A stretch of DNA of 38,235 nt from a virus. Taxonomy: Duplodnaviria; Heunggongvirae; Uroviricota; Caudoviricetes. The stretch lies in the IMG/VR virus record IMGVR_UViG_2563366949_000011; one strand, 5' to 3'. The notes under the pieces are model-generated. The model was not told the origin of the DNA. It was given only the letters and a program-made list of their open reading frames with translations, and made no database searches. Below, piece by piece: positions 1-9,078 of this stretch (positions are counted from its first letter, which is position 1; each line of letters starts with the position of its first letter). A program made the position numbers and the translations under genes.

Positions 1-56
1 AGTCTTGAGTCTTGAGTCTTGAGTCTTGAGTCTTGAGTCTTGAGTCTTGAGTCTTA
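1..56 (-). repeat. Heptanucleotide tandem repeat (AGTCTTG on + strand, AAGACTC on the coding strand); at least 7 complete copies plus a variant copy, array continues past the left window edge
   Basis: Directly visible: positions 1-49 are seven perfect AGTCTTG units, 50-56 is AGTCTTA. The array sits immediately after the ATG at 60..58 (minus strand). Confidence 0.95.
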
Positions 57-60
57 ACAT
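1..60 (-). CDS. neuO: 5' end of a neuO-like phase-variable polysialic acid O-acetyltransferase gene, truncated by the window edge
   Basis: Minus-strand translation from ATG 60..58 reads MLRLKTQDSRLKTQDS..., the RLKTQDS heptad-encoded N-terminus I recall for NeuO of prophage CUS-3. Putative RBS AGGA 7 nt upstream. Only about 20 codons are visible. Confidence 0.6.
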   Translation of the reverse strand, partial: MLRLKTQDSRLKTQDSRLKT

Positions 61-213
61 ATTAGTATCCTACGTTATTTTACCACTAGTTACTTTTCTT
101 GTCATTAAAAAGCATTTAAATTTTTATATTTAATTTCGTTGACGTCAATGTTTTTTGCCAATGTACTTACTTCTTTATGTGATCAGTTCATATTTTTGAC
201 GCCAACGAAACAT

Positions 214-3159
214 TTAGTGCTTCCCTTCTATTAAGTCTAACCTAGCTTTTATTCTTTCTATTTCTCTGCGCTGCCATGCTGCCTCGATATAGAATAAGAG
301 ATCAGGTCTGACCCCCCATCTAGATCCTGCTGGCGTTATTTCAACGCGCTCAATGATGTCTTCCATTACCATCACTGGATTATCATCCTCATCAACAATG
401 ATGCTCCCGTCATTATCAGTCAGCGGCATTTCCCTTTGGCCAGTAATGACGTCATCATATACTGCGGGATAATCGTCATAGCAAAGAAAGGCATAGCGGC
501 ATGTTGTGCTTTCTTCTTCCATGAGTCCGTGAGAAATAAGAACATCACGAAGTTGCTGCGCGATTACACCATGATGTATCCTCGCCCCTTCTTCCCCCTT
601 TATAGCGACAGCGTTCAGCCATTTATAAGCGATATACCTGACGTCACCCCAGGCATCCAGCAATGTTTCGTCAGGAGAGACCGGCTCTGTCTTTAATGTT
701 CCGTCACTGGTAACCACAGGATTGGAGCCAAGATAAACTATCGAGAACCTGTTTCCCGGACCACCAAGAGCATTTACATTATCAAGATAAGGTTTAACAT
801 CTCCGTTCTCAAAAAGATGTTCGAGTGCGTTATATACCGCGCGACGTGGAGTACTGCTTCTGGAACCATGCAACGTTATCATTGCACCATCTGCTGAAGA
901 CGTTGTTTCACCGCCGCTAACGATTAATCTCTGAGCGGTAACATCATCAGACGGTACTTTCTTCGCAATAATGGCGTAATTACCCTCAAGTTTGACTTCC
1001 GCGCGAACTTGTCCTGATGTACCTGCATGGACAGTCAGTGACTGGACGGCAACATCATCTGTGAAATCAACGGGTACAGGAACCGTCCTCACGCCTGACG
1101 TCGACATAAAAGTAGGAAGCGTTCTGTTAGGAGTGGCTCCGTAGACAAAATCCCTTGAAACAAATTCTTCCTGTTTAATTTTCACCCTGAAACAATACAA
1201 ATCAGCCGGGTGACCATCGTGAACATAAGGATATTTTCTGTTGTTATCCCCTATGCTCCATGGGTTTAGAAAGTCTTCCCCACCGAAAATGTAGTACAGC
1301 CAGTTGTCTTTGATACAAACTGAACCAACACCAACCGCAGAGTTAACTATTCCGCCCTGATAAATCTGATCAGTAACATTAACCCACTCTACATTATCCA
1401 GACTCCACTCATTGACGTTAACTCTGGTCATAAATGTTCTTGGATAGTTTCCTGCATAACGGTTATCAGGTTCTCCTCCTTCCCACTCACCAAATGCGCG
1501 CTCACTGCCAAAAATAATCAGCTCATCGCCAACTTTGGCAAAAGGAAGGTTTGAGTGATGAACATTATTTGGGAAGCGAAGAGAATTCCATGATGTACCT
1601 AAATCAGAGCTTCTGTGCAATGAACTACCGGGTTGAGTACTTAATGTCCCCCTGGTCGTCAGATACAGAATGCCATCATAATATTTTACACATGGCTCAG
1701 ATGCATTCGCCTCATATTCTGCAGGTATGCGTCTGCGAACAAAGCTACCAGGAGAACCGAAAGCATCAGAGAAATAGAGTATCCCAAGCTCGCGTGGACC
1801 AATATCACCATTATGGTAGCCAACAGCAAAACTGTTATCGCTAATCGTCGCAAAACTGTGAATCTCAGTAACAGGAGTGCTTCCGTCAACAAAAGAAGGA
1901 ATAGTTCCAAGACTGGTTTTTCTCCATGGTGACGAGTGAAATGATGTACCAAAACTCCAGTATCTACCCTCGTTATTCTGATCCACATCCTGGGTATTTT
2001 GCGTCGTAACTGTAAAAGTATTTTTATCAATAACAGTAGTCACCGTCATATTCCCGGTAACACCTGTAACACCAGAGTTTGAGAAGTTGACAAAATCACC
2101 AGCAAATAATCCGTGATCAGTAATGCGAATATAAGCGACTTGCTGATTTGCTGCTTTCGTTATACCACCATAAACGCGAAGGCTGCGACTCATTGGGCGA
2201 TCCCACAACTCTGCAACCTGCAGTTTATTTCCGCTCACGGTCCGCGTCTCAATTACAGCAAAAAGGCGATTTCTGACAACCCCCATACTCATGCAGTGAT
2301 AGTTAACTGTGGGATAGTTTTCATGTAAATCTGTAAGCCATTCCGGCGTTGTCCAGGTCTTCCCGTCATCTCCTGAGCGAACCCATGCAACATGGAGGTT
2401 ATTTACACCATGGCGGTCTCCAGCCATAAAAGGCGCATAGATGACATTGTCATATACAAACGTTTTATCCTGCGTCCAGGCGTTGTACCACGGTGTATCT
2501 GTAATTTTAAATAACTCTCCCTGGATAAAATCTTCAGAAACATAAAAAAGAGGCTGACCCGGTATTCTCTCAAATAAAAAACGAGCATTTTTAAATCGAC
2601 TGACATCTGGAAGAGTTGATACTTTAAAAGTAAGCCCTCGCCCATCTATCTTTTCACCACCTGTTGCAACAGAAAGTAATTCTGATAGAGCTGATGTATC
2701 ATCATGAACACCATCACCAATAGCCCCCCAACCTCTTACATCATAACTGTCTCTCCATCTTGCTATCTGAAGTTTTGGGTATTTATTCGCTCCATCTGTG
2801 TCTTCTAATTGCTGCCGTAACTGATCAGGATCATACTTCAGCACATTAGGAAAATAGAACTGCTGCGCACCATACGCATCATAAACAGCCATAGAATGGC
2901 CTTGCACGGTAACGAATTTGGCAATCTGTCCGTTATATACCGGATATCCAGCAGCGTTAATGATTATTGGTTGCGAAACAGGAACGTGAGAACCGTCTTC
3001 ATTCTCCACATAGACCTGAATCTGGTTTTCAGGATTTACCGGGTCAGTGTCAATTTTACCGATATAAATTTTGCCATTGGCTACGGCTTTAAAAGAACGC
3101 GCCATAGTGAAGAGTTGCGAAGGCATCGATACAATCACATTGGCTGTAATGTCTGTCAT
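214..3159 (-). CDS. Tailspike: P22-type head-binding N-terminal domain fused to an endosialidase (endo-N-acetylneuraminidase) body and a C-terminal intramolecular chaperone domain
   Basis: 981 aa ORF with ATG and GGAG RBS. N-terminus [17 protein letters not shown]...[14 protein letters not shown] resembles the P22 gp9 head-binding domain. Asp-box motifs SGDDGKTW and SSDLGTSW are typical of sialidase beta-propellers. C-terminal TSDGTLKT (Ser...Lys) and acidic tail resemble the self-cleaving chaperone domain of K1F/CUS-3 endosialidases. Confidence 0.9.
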   Translation of the reverse strand: MTDITANVIVSMPSQLFTMARSFKAVANGKIYIGKIDTDPVNPENQIQVYVENEDGSHVPVSQPIIINAAGYPVYNGQIAKFVTVQGHSMAVYDAYGAQQFYFPNVLKYDPDQLRQQLEDTDGANKYPKLQIARWRDSYDVRGWGAIGDGVHDDTSALSELLSVATGGEKIDGRGLTFKVSTLPDVSRFKNARFLFERIPGQPLFYVSEDFIQGELFKITDTPWYNAWTQDKTFVYDNVIYAPFMAGDRHGVNNLHVAWVRSGDDGKTWTTPEWLTDLHENYPTVNYHCMSMGVVRNRLFAVIETRTVSGNKLQVAELWDRPMSRSLRVYGGITKAANQQVAYIRITDHGLFAGDFVNFSNSGVTGVTGNMTVTTVIDKNTFTVTTQNTQDVDQNNEGRYWSFGTSFHSSPWRKTSLGTIPSFVDGSTPVTEIHSFATISDNSFAVGYHNGDIGPRELGILYFSDAFGSPGSFVRRRIPAEYEANASEPCVKYYDGILYLTTRGTLSTQPGSSLHRSSDLGTSWNSLRFPNNVHHSNLPFAKVGDELIIFGSERAFGEWEGGEPDNRYAGNYPRTFMTRVNVNEWSLDNVEWVNVTDQIYQGGIVNSAVGVGSVCIKDNWLYYIFGGEDFLNPWSIGDNNRKYPYVHDGHPADLYCFRVKIKQEEFVSRDFVYGATPNRTLPTFMSTSGVRTVPVPVDFTDDVAVQSLTVHAGTSGQVRAEVKLEGNYAIIAKKVPSDDVTAQRLIVSGGETTSSADGAMITLHGSRSSTPRRAVYNALEHLFENGDVKPYLDNVNALGGPGNRFSIVYLGSNPVVTSDGTLKTEPVSPDETLLDAWGDVRYIAYKWLNAVAIKGEEGARIHHGVIAQQLRDVLISHGLMEEESTTCRYAFLCYDDYPAVYDDVITGQREMPLTDNDGSIIVDEDDNPVMVMEDIIERVEITPAGSRWGVRPDLLFYIEAAWQRREIERIKARLDLIEGKH

Positions 3160-3215
3160 TTAATTTGCTCCAGATGCAAAGAATCGCCGCAGCATGGCCA
3201 CGGTGAATTTTGGGC

Positions 3216-3240
3216 ATAAAAAAACCCAGCCGAAGCTGGG
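3216..3240 (-). terminator. Rho-independent terminator after ant, before the tailspike gene
   Basis: Hairpin CCCAGC-CGAA-GCTGGG at 3225-3240 preceded on the + strand by an A-run at 3216-3224, which is a U-run on the minus-strand transcript. Confidence 0.5.
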
Positions 3241-3259
3241 TCGTTGCGTTGGTTATCTG

Positions 3260-4162
3260 TCAGTAATTATGTACTGAAGGAGGTAATTCTTTATTCTTAA
3301 GTCTCATCCATGCGGAAAGATTCGTTGGTCCGTCTGGCTCATTGATATCAACATCTCGTGTGTGATTGATTAAAACGTCTCTCGCCATATCGATAATACG
3401 GGAGAACTCATAACCGCAGTCATGACATCTGCCGGAATAGTTCGATTGAATTTGTTTTAGCGCCGGATACAGTTCGCGGAATAATGCCTGTGAGCGGTTG
3501 GCATAATCCCATAGCCATACAAGGCTGTTTGCTTCTTTTGCAGAAAGCTCGTTGGTTTTCTTCTCTTGTTTGCCGATGAACTCACCTTCAAGCACTACCC
3601 TGTGGATGTACTCTACTGCTTGTGGTATCTGAGATGCATCAAGCTCTTCAATACTTTCCACATTGAAACGCTGATGAATCATTGCATAAGCTTCTGGGTA
3701 CATTAGATGCTTTTTGCTGACTAGCATATTTACAGCATCACGAAGCGGAGTCCTGTCATCAACAGATGTTTTCTTCCGTGCATTTGCTGCCTCTCCCTTT
3801 GTCCAGTAGTCATGCAGCACAGTAAAGCATTCTTCCTGGTACTGAATCAGTTTATCGCGGATGTCAGCACGAACTTTCTCAGGGTTGATGCTGAACAGCC
3901 ATCCATTTAACTTCTTCAAAGGAAGGCAGAGTAGCTTACGAAGCTTACCATCAGCGGCAACCATGTTCATATGAACACAGTTGAATTTGCTAATCTGCTT
4001 CATGAGTTTTGTTTGCTGCGTTGACCAGCTCATTCCGAGGTTTTCAACGATTGGCTTCATCGCAACATATGCAACTCCGGCAGCCATGGCGGTGATAATT
4101 TGCTGACCGTTGAATGGCACGTAAGAGGTGTTCACTGCTTCTAAAATTGCTATACTATTCAT
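3260..4162 (-). CDS. ant: Antirepressor Ant (P22 immI type)
   Basis: Protein from the ATG at 4162 ([21 protein letters not shown]...) is 300 aa and matches my recollection of P22 Ant. The ORF-track start at 4228 is a GTG without RBS; the ATG at 4162 has GGAGAA upstream. Sits in the arc-ant-tailspike arrangement. Confidence 0.75.
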   Translation of the reverse strand: MNSIAILEAVNTSYVPFNGQQIITAMAAGVAYVAMKPIVENLGMSWSTQQTKLMKQISKFNCVHMNMVAADGKLRKLLCLPLKKLNGWLFSINPEKVRADIRDKLIQYQEECFTVLHDYWTKGEAANARKKTSVDDRTPLRDAVNMLVSKKHLMYPEAYAMIHQRFNVESIEELDASQIPQAVEYIHRVVLEGEFIGKQEKKTNELSAKEANSLVWLWDYANRSQALFRELYPALKQIQSNYSGRCHDCGYEFSRIIDMARDVLINHTRDVDINEPDGPTNLSAWMRLKNKELPPSVHNY

Positions 4163-4394
4163 GTTGGTTTTTCTCCACGGATTTACCGACAACCGAAGCC
4201 CTGACTGTTCCAGCAGTTGGGGCTTCACTGTTTTGATTTCTTTGCCGCATCAAGCATCACTTCTGAAAACGTGCGCTTGCCACTGAATACTCTTTCTCTT
4301 CTCAATTTTTCGTTCGTGCCAAATGATTCGCCATGAACAAAATTTGGTCTTAAAATGGTAATCGCAATCTCTTTGACTACTGCATCCAAGCGAA

Positions 4395-4547
4395 TCACAC
4401 CGTTACCCCCTCTCTCTTCAGGCTGTCTATCAGGCGCTTGATAACCTCTGAGTTAAACGACCTGCACTCTTCCTTTGCCCTGCTACCGATAGCATCCTTT
4501 AACGACTGCGGCATCCTTACCAAAATCTTACTTATTTCTTTCTCCAT
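4395..4547 (-). CDS. arc: Arc-like ribbon-helix-helix repressor
   Basis: 50 aa from ATG 4547 with GGAGGG RBS: MEKEISKILVRMPQSLKDAIGSRAKEECRSFNSEVIKRLIDSL. The RSxNSE motif is typical of Arc/MetJ RHH proteins. Located upstream of ant, divergent from mnt. Confidence 0.65.
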   Translation of the reverse strand: MEKEISKILVRMPQSLKDAIGSRAKEECRSFNSEVIKRLIDSLKREGVTV

Positions 4548-4661
4548 GTTACCCTCCACGCAAACAACTCTTTTCGAATACAAAAGATAGCAAAGTGAGT
4601 ATATCTAGTCAAAATTTTTTTGCATACACTTTGCTATCAAATTGAATACCAAAGGTGTTAT
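4548..4661. promoter_or_regulatory. Divergent arc-ant / mnt promoter-operator region with a 12-bp inverted repeat pair
   Basis: GATAGCAAAGTG at 4586-4597 and its exact reverse complement CACTTTGCTATC at 4627-4638 lie in the AT-rich spacer between divergent RHH repressor genes. Confidence 0.45.
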
Positions 4662-4910
4662 ATGGCAAAGGGTGTGTCAATTTCTCCAACTACGGTAAGA
4701 ATCCCTGAATCTTTACGCGAGGCTCTTGCTGTCAGAGCATCAAAAAATGGTCGCTCTGTTAACTCCGAGATCGTCATGATTTTGCAAGCCGCGATTGATG
4801 AAGATAGGTCGCCAAAGTCAGTTGAGTCATTTGCTCAGCAAGAAGCTGATAAATTCAAAGAGGCGCTACTTGAGACGCTAAAGACCATGTATGCTAAGGA
4901 TGAAAAATAA
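4662..4910 (+). CDS. mnt: Mnt-like ribbon-helix-helix repressor
   Basis: 82 aa from ATG 4662: MAKGVSISPTTVRIPESLREALAVRASKNGRSVNSEI...KFKEALLETLKTMYAKDEK. The RHH motif and coiled-coil C-terminus resemble P22 Mnt. Divergent from arc. Confidence 0.7.
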   Translation: MAKGVSISPTTVRIPESLREALAVRASKNGRSVNSEIVMILQAAIDEDRSPKSVESFAQQEADKFKEALLETLKTMYAKDEK

Positions 4911-5446
4911 TGCTGCACACAATTCATTTCTTATGCCCTGTTAACACTGCCACTGTTGGGCAACTTCAGAACCACTGTCTCACCGCATTATCTCAAGGCG
5001 CAACTGAATTAAATATCCATATATCAAGTCAGGGAGGGGAAACTGCTGCTGGCTTTACTGCGTATAACTTTCTTAAGTCACTCCCTGTTACCGTTAGAAC
5101 TCACAACATAAGCAATGTTGAATCCATAGCTAATATCGTTTTCCTGGCTGGCTCAGAACGTTTCGCAAACCCATTATCAAGATTCCTGTTACATCCTCTA
5201 TTATGGTGCTTTGCCTCCCCAGCCGCCGACCATGCCAGATTGAGAGAGTACGGGAAATGCCTCGATAACGATCTTGATCGCTTCGTTGAGACGTTCAATA
5301 TCGACATCGGAACCCATATTAGGTGGGCATCCCTGATAGCAGACTCGACCATTTTGGATGCTAACAAGGCTCTTGAGCATGGCATAATTAATTCCATAAA
5401 AACTGCAAGGCTGGCATCCAATCAGGCAAACTGGTGGGTTGTTTGA
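4910..5446 (+). CDS. ClpP-like serine peptidase (Clp/crotonase fold), translationally coupled to mnt
   Basis: 178 aa; start ATG overlaps the mnt stop (TAATG). Motifs IHISSQGGETAAGFTAYNFLKS, a Ser in NVESIANIVFLAGS and a His in FLLHP align by eye with the ClpP pattern (INSPGG...AASMG...MIHQP). Confidence 0.55.
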   Translation: MLHTIHFLCPVNTATVGQLQNHCLTALSQGATELNIHISSQGGETAAGFTAYNFLKSLPVTVRTHNISNVESIANIVFLAGSERFANPLSRFLLHPLLWCFASPAADHARLREYGKCLDNDLDRFVETFNIDIGTHIRWASLIADSTILDANKALEHGIINSIKTARLASNQANWWVV

Positions 5447-5469
5447 TGGGTAAATCATGATTACTCCTT

Positions 5470-5494
5470 ATAAAAAACCCACCTGACGGTGGGT
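5470..5494 (-). terminator. Rho-independent terminator at the convergence point (mainly minus-strand sense)
   Basis: Hairpin ACCCACC-TGAC-GGTGGGT at 5477-5494 with an A-run at 5471-5476 on the + strand (U-run for the minus transcript). It abuts the stop codon of the YafO-like gene. Confidence 0.5.
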
Positions 5495-5944
5495 TTAGTC
5501 AAACATAGTGTTTCTAAAGTCTCTCGCATACCCTGCTAACACTCTCATTCTATTATGATTGTTAGCAGACATGTGAGCTACAGGATGAAAAAGAGCAATC
5601 AATGAATACCTGTTCTCATCAAAAAGATTTTGTGCATAAACGAGAGCGGTATTGGATGTTTTATGCCACTGCAACTTTTGCGGTGTGCTGATATCTGTGC
5701 CATTTTTTATTGGCTCAAATTTATTTTCACCAATTGCTAAATGAAGGTGCATAAGGCCTGCATCTTCAATATCAGGAGGTCGATGATAAGAGGTGTCTCT
5801 GCCAAAATAGCTGGGCAACGTTCCCGTAGACTTGTAGATGATAAAATCATCTACAAGTGTTTGTTTTAAATCAGGAAACTCAACAAAAACCGGGGAGAAA
5901 AAATAGTCAAAACTATCCTGATTATATTCCACGGTTACTTGCAT
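5495..5944 (-). CDS. YafO-like toxin domain protein (putative ribosome-dependent mRNA interferase family)
   Basis: 149 aa, ATG with GAGGT RBS. Segments DDFIIYKSTGTLPSYFGRD, LMHLHLA, ALVYAQNLFDE, LIALFHPVAH and NNHNRM align by eye with E. coli YafO (DFISYKRDGVLPDIFGRD, HIHLA, LVYCQGAFDE, NNQMH), recalled from memory. Confidence 0.55.
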   Translation of the reverse strand: MQVTVEYNQDSFDYFFSPVFVEFPDLKQTLVDDFIIYKSTGTLPSYFGRDTSYHRPPDIEDAGLMHLHLAIGENKFEPIKNGTDISTPQKLQWHKTSNTALVYAQNLFDENRYSLIALFHPVAHMSANNHNRMRVLAGYARDFRNTMFD

Positions 5945-5952
5945 GTTTTACC

Positions 5953-6519
5953 TCAGTGGAAGTTACCAGAGTGAAACACACGAGTCCCGTGCTCAGCAAG
6001 CGCACGCAAACCAGCCATATCTACGGAACTATCAAAAACAACCGGAACACATGAGCGTTGTTTAATAAGACTATTCAGGTTGGTTACGGCAGATCTGGCA
6101 TCAGCAACAACGATATAGATATCTCTTGCGATCTCTTTAAAATCAGCAGAAGCTTCTTTGAATACCGATTTCATTGCCCCTTCAAGTCCTCTCAATTGAT
6201 GCTCTATCAATCGAGACTTTTCTGGTTCAATGATAGACAACACATTGTCTACATTCTCATCGGTAGCGTTTGCAAGAACACGATAAGCGTATTTCAGCAT
6301 TCGAGACAATTCTTTAATCGAAGACACCGCCTCATGAAGCTCATCATTAGCCCGTTCACTGCTGAATGAGGATTGATGGTAAGCGTGCTGAACGTTATCA
6401 GTAACAACCACCTCACAACTGAACGCAGAAGCTTGCTGTAATAGCAAACCTATTGCGACTCCAGCTTTGGCAGCGTTCAAGCTAAACATTTCATCAATCC
6501 CATTAGTCTCATTGCTCAT
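5953..6519 (-). CDS. Hypothetical protein (188 aa), immediately upstream of and co-oriented with the YafO-like gene
   Basis: ATG at 6519 preceded by AAGGAGG. Stop lies 8 nt before the YafO-like start. No family recognised by eye. Region is AT-rich relative to the structural genes. Confidence 0.55.
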   Translation of the reverse strand: MSNETNGIDEMFSLNAAKAGVAIGLLLQQASAFSCEVVVTDNVQHAYHQSSFSSERANDELHEAVSSIKELSRMLKYAYRVLANATDENVDNVLSIIEPEKSRLIEHQLRGLEGAMKSVFKEASADFKEIARDIYIVVADARSAVTNLNSLIKQRSCVPVVFDSSVDMAGLRALAEHGTRVFHSGNFH

Positions 6520-6694
6520 ACAAACCTCCTTCTTATCGGAGATTATCAATAGCTATGCATCCATTGAATACACGCTATGCGCAATAAGTTTACGTCACGT
6601 GATATCATTATGCAACCACCGTTCTATCACCGACTAACTTTACTCCCACTCCTATACATCATCTGGTATCCTGCGCAAAACTAAGGAGGTTGGT

Positions 6695-7045
6695 GTGAAT
6701 GCTCAGTCTGTCATCATGGTTTTCCTTGGGCTGATTGTCGCAAAACTATATCCAGACTGGTGGAAAGGGGCATTAGCTACTGTCGCCATCTATTTGCTTT
6801 TATCCATCGTTAAGCGATCACTCGCTGAGACCGTAAATCAAGCAAAACGTTTCTCATTTAAGAGTTTAATAAACTATGTTACTGGGCTTATTTTTTGCCT
6901 TTCAATTCTGATCGCTTCGGCTTTTTTGCCCGTATCAATAGCTAATTTTTTTGGCGCACCATATGAGGTAGGTTATCTATTCTCTGTTTCCTGTCTTGCC
7001 ATTGCTCTTCTTTACCTGTGGACGAGATCAAAGAATAAAAATTAG
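6695..7045 (+). CDS. Small integral membrane protein (116 aa, about three hydrophobic helices), position equivalent to P22 sieA
   Basis: GTG start with AAGGAGG 5 nt upstream. Hydrophobic segments VIMVFLGLIVA, ALATVAIYLLLSIV and LIFCLSILIASAFLPV. Plus strand, convergent with the ejection-protein operon. Confidence 0.5.
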   Translation: MNAQSVIMVFLGLIVAKLYPDWWKGALATVAIYLLLSIVKRSLAETVNQAKRFSFKSLINYVTGLIFCLSILIASAFLPVSIANFFGAPYEVGYLFSVSCLAIALLYLWTRSKNKN

Positions 7046-7062
7046 CCATCCGTGGCTGCCAG

Positions 7063-9078
7063 TTATTGAGCTTCTTTTTGTGATGCCTGTGCGACTCTGG
7101 TTAGCGATTGTGTGACCGTACTGATCGCTATGTCATATGCTGTGCTACCTTTTGGCGTATTTGCCAGACGTAACAAGGCATTTCGTATAACAGGGCTTTC
7201 GTATGCCTTCGCAGCTCCTCCTACGACACCAGCAGCAGGAACAACAAACGCAGCCGTTTTTAGCATCCCCGCTAATACTGCTGCGTTTATGATGCCACCA
7301 CCAACTAACAATCCATAAAGCTGCTGACCATTTAAGTTTTGAACGTTCGCTTTTGCCGCGTGTCTTGTATCGTTGAGGTATTTAATAACGCCGTCCAGTT
7401 CCTTTCCATGTACGCCTTTAAAGAAAGTTGCTGATTGCTTCCTGTTCCGGTGTAACGCATTAATAAACTTTTCAACACTAATATTTCCAGACGGATCAGT
7501 CGCCTTATCTACAGCATTCTGAACTATGGCTGCTCGTGCGTTTTGCCTACCATTGTCATCCAGAAGCCTGTAAAGCTGAGAACGTTCTGATGGGTTTTGG
7601 CTAAAAACGAGTTTTGTTACATCCTCAGGTGTAGCCTTGCCGCTGGCTATTGCCTTTTGAACGCGCGTTCTTCCCATCATGTCATTGAATCTAGCCCATG
7701 AGCGATCAACCCTAGACATATTGGCAGCTTCTTCTGAGCCTAGTTTTTGGGATACTGCTTTTTTCATATCCGCTGTATATGCCTTGTAGACAATATCGCT
7801 GGCTTTCTGGAGCGTGTCTTTATCAACAGTCTCGTTTGAATTCATGAACCGCTTTCGAAGGTCAGTTCTGTTTTCTCTCGCCAGACGCAGGTCATTGGGT
7901 CCGCTGGTGATATCGTCTTTAAATTGCTGCAAGACTTTTACCGCGGCTCTATCCTGAGATTTGCCCGGGCGGCTTAACACGGCAATCTGATTGTCGATAG
8001 CTTTTACCGTGTTTGAGAGATCGACAGGGGTATCCCCCATAGCGTCAATTATGCGGTTATATCGCTTTCCTGCTGCCTCAATGAATTTTTGTTGCCCTTT
8101 AGTCGCAGATTCATAAAGCTGTTTATCAGAAATGCCACCCAGACCATCGCTAAATGTTCTGACTAAATTTTCTCGTGCTTGTTGTTGATTCAGCCGATTC
8201 TTACCGGTTCCAAAAAAAGGAACTCTTTCGCCTAATGTCTGAGCCTGACTCTGCATAAAGGTTTTATCTTTCAGCGTGTCACTGGTCATTAACGGCAGGT
8301 TTCTTTCCGACGCAAAATCGACAGCAGCCTTTGCTTCCGGTGACATCTCACCGCGAACAGCCCTGGAAACCGCACTAACTGTATTTTCCAGCCCCTTGCC
8401 AACACCACCAATGCCAGCAGAAATTACCGTTTGTGCAGGATCAATATCTTCTCCGCCAGCAAGGCTGGTGCCACCCTGTAGTGCTAAATCTGTAGCAGCT
8501 GATTTCCCTATGGCACCAAGCACCGTTCCAGCCCTGCCCGCTGGTGTGAACGCTAACGCATTAGCAAGAAACGAAGTCAGGTCTTGCGGTGATAAACCTG
8601 GCTTGTTCAGGGCATAATCACCGGATGGCAGGGAAACGATAGTGTTACCCTTCTCATCCTGCCTTAATTTCGCCCCCATACTCTGAAGAATCTTTTCCTG
8701 AGACGCGTCGGAGCCGAAAAGTTGAGACCATCCAGCCTTCAGGGCATCCATGCTTAGTGAGTTCAACTCAGGGGCAGCCCCAACATTTTGCAGTCTCTCC
8801 ATTTCTGGTGTCATTCGGCTTTCACCGGTAACGGCATCGCGCATTGCAGCACCTAAAACAGCCCCTTGCTCAGCAGAGCGATCTAGTCCTTCCTTCTGCT
8901 GAGTGGCAAGCTGTGCATATCCTGATGCAAGTGAGTTGTCTGCTGGCGATTGCTGAACACCTTGTTGTGTTGGCGCTGACTGACCAGCAAAATACTCATC
9001 AATGGCGGACCCAATATCTTCCGTGCTCGTACCATCAGGAAAGGTAAATGTCTTACCATTTGCAGTTACTTTCATCAT
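7063..9078 (-). CDS. Ejection (injection) protein, P22 gp16-like
   Basis: 671 aa ORF at the position and orientation of P22 gene 16, last gene of the head/ejection operon. Confidence 0.75.
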   Translation of the reverse strand: MMKVTANGKTFTFPDGTSTEDIGSAIDEYFAGQSAPTQQGVQQSPADNSLASGYAQLATQQKEGLDRSAEQGAVLGAAMRDAVTGESRMTPEMERLQNVGAAPELNSLSMDALKAGWSQLFGSDASQEKILQSMGAKLRQDEKGNTIVSLPSGDYALNKPGLSPQDLTSFLANALAFTPAGRAGTVLGAIGKSAATDLALQGGTSLAGGEDIDPAQTVISAGIGGVGKGLENTVSAVSRAVRGEMSPEAKAAVDFASERNLPLMTSDTLKDKTFMQSQAQTLGERVPFFGTGKNRLNQQQARENLVRTFSDGLGGISDKQLYESATKGQQKFIEAAGKRYNRIIDAMGDTPVDLSNTVKAIDNQIAVLSRPGKSQDRAAVKVLQQFKDDITSGPNDLRLARENRTDLRKRFMNSNETVDKDTLQKASDIVYKAYTADMKKAVSQKLGSEEAANMSRVDRSWARFNDMMGRTRVQKAIASGKATPEDVTKLVFSQNPSERSQLYRLLDDNGRQNARAAIVQNAVDKATDPSGNISVEKFINALHRNRKQSATFFKGVHGKELDGVIKYLNDTRHAAKANVQNLNGQQLYGLLVGGGIINAAVLAGMLKTAAFVVPAAGVVGGAAKAYESPVIRNALLRLANTPKGSTAYDIAISTVTQSLTRVAQASQKEAQ

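Noticed and set aside
1-56. CRISPR array or satellite interpretation of the tandem repeat
   Set aside because: Units are 7 nt with no spacers and lie inside a coding 5' end, consistent with a slipped-strand phase-variation tract and not CRISPR.
436-2645. Several short ORFs on both strands inside the tailspike gene (436..696, 1551..1844, 1686..2030, 2113..2328, 2403..2645)
   Set aside because: All overlap the 981-aa tailspike ORF, whose identification is strong. Composition is low-complexity.
5101-5458. Minus-strand ORFs 5101..5421 and 5201..5458 opposite the ClpP-like gene
   Set aside because: Antisense to an ORF that has clear translational coupling to mnt and recognisable motifs; no RBS.
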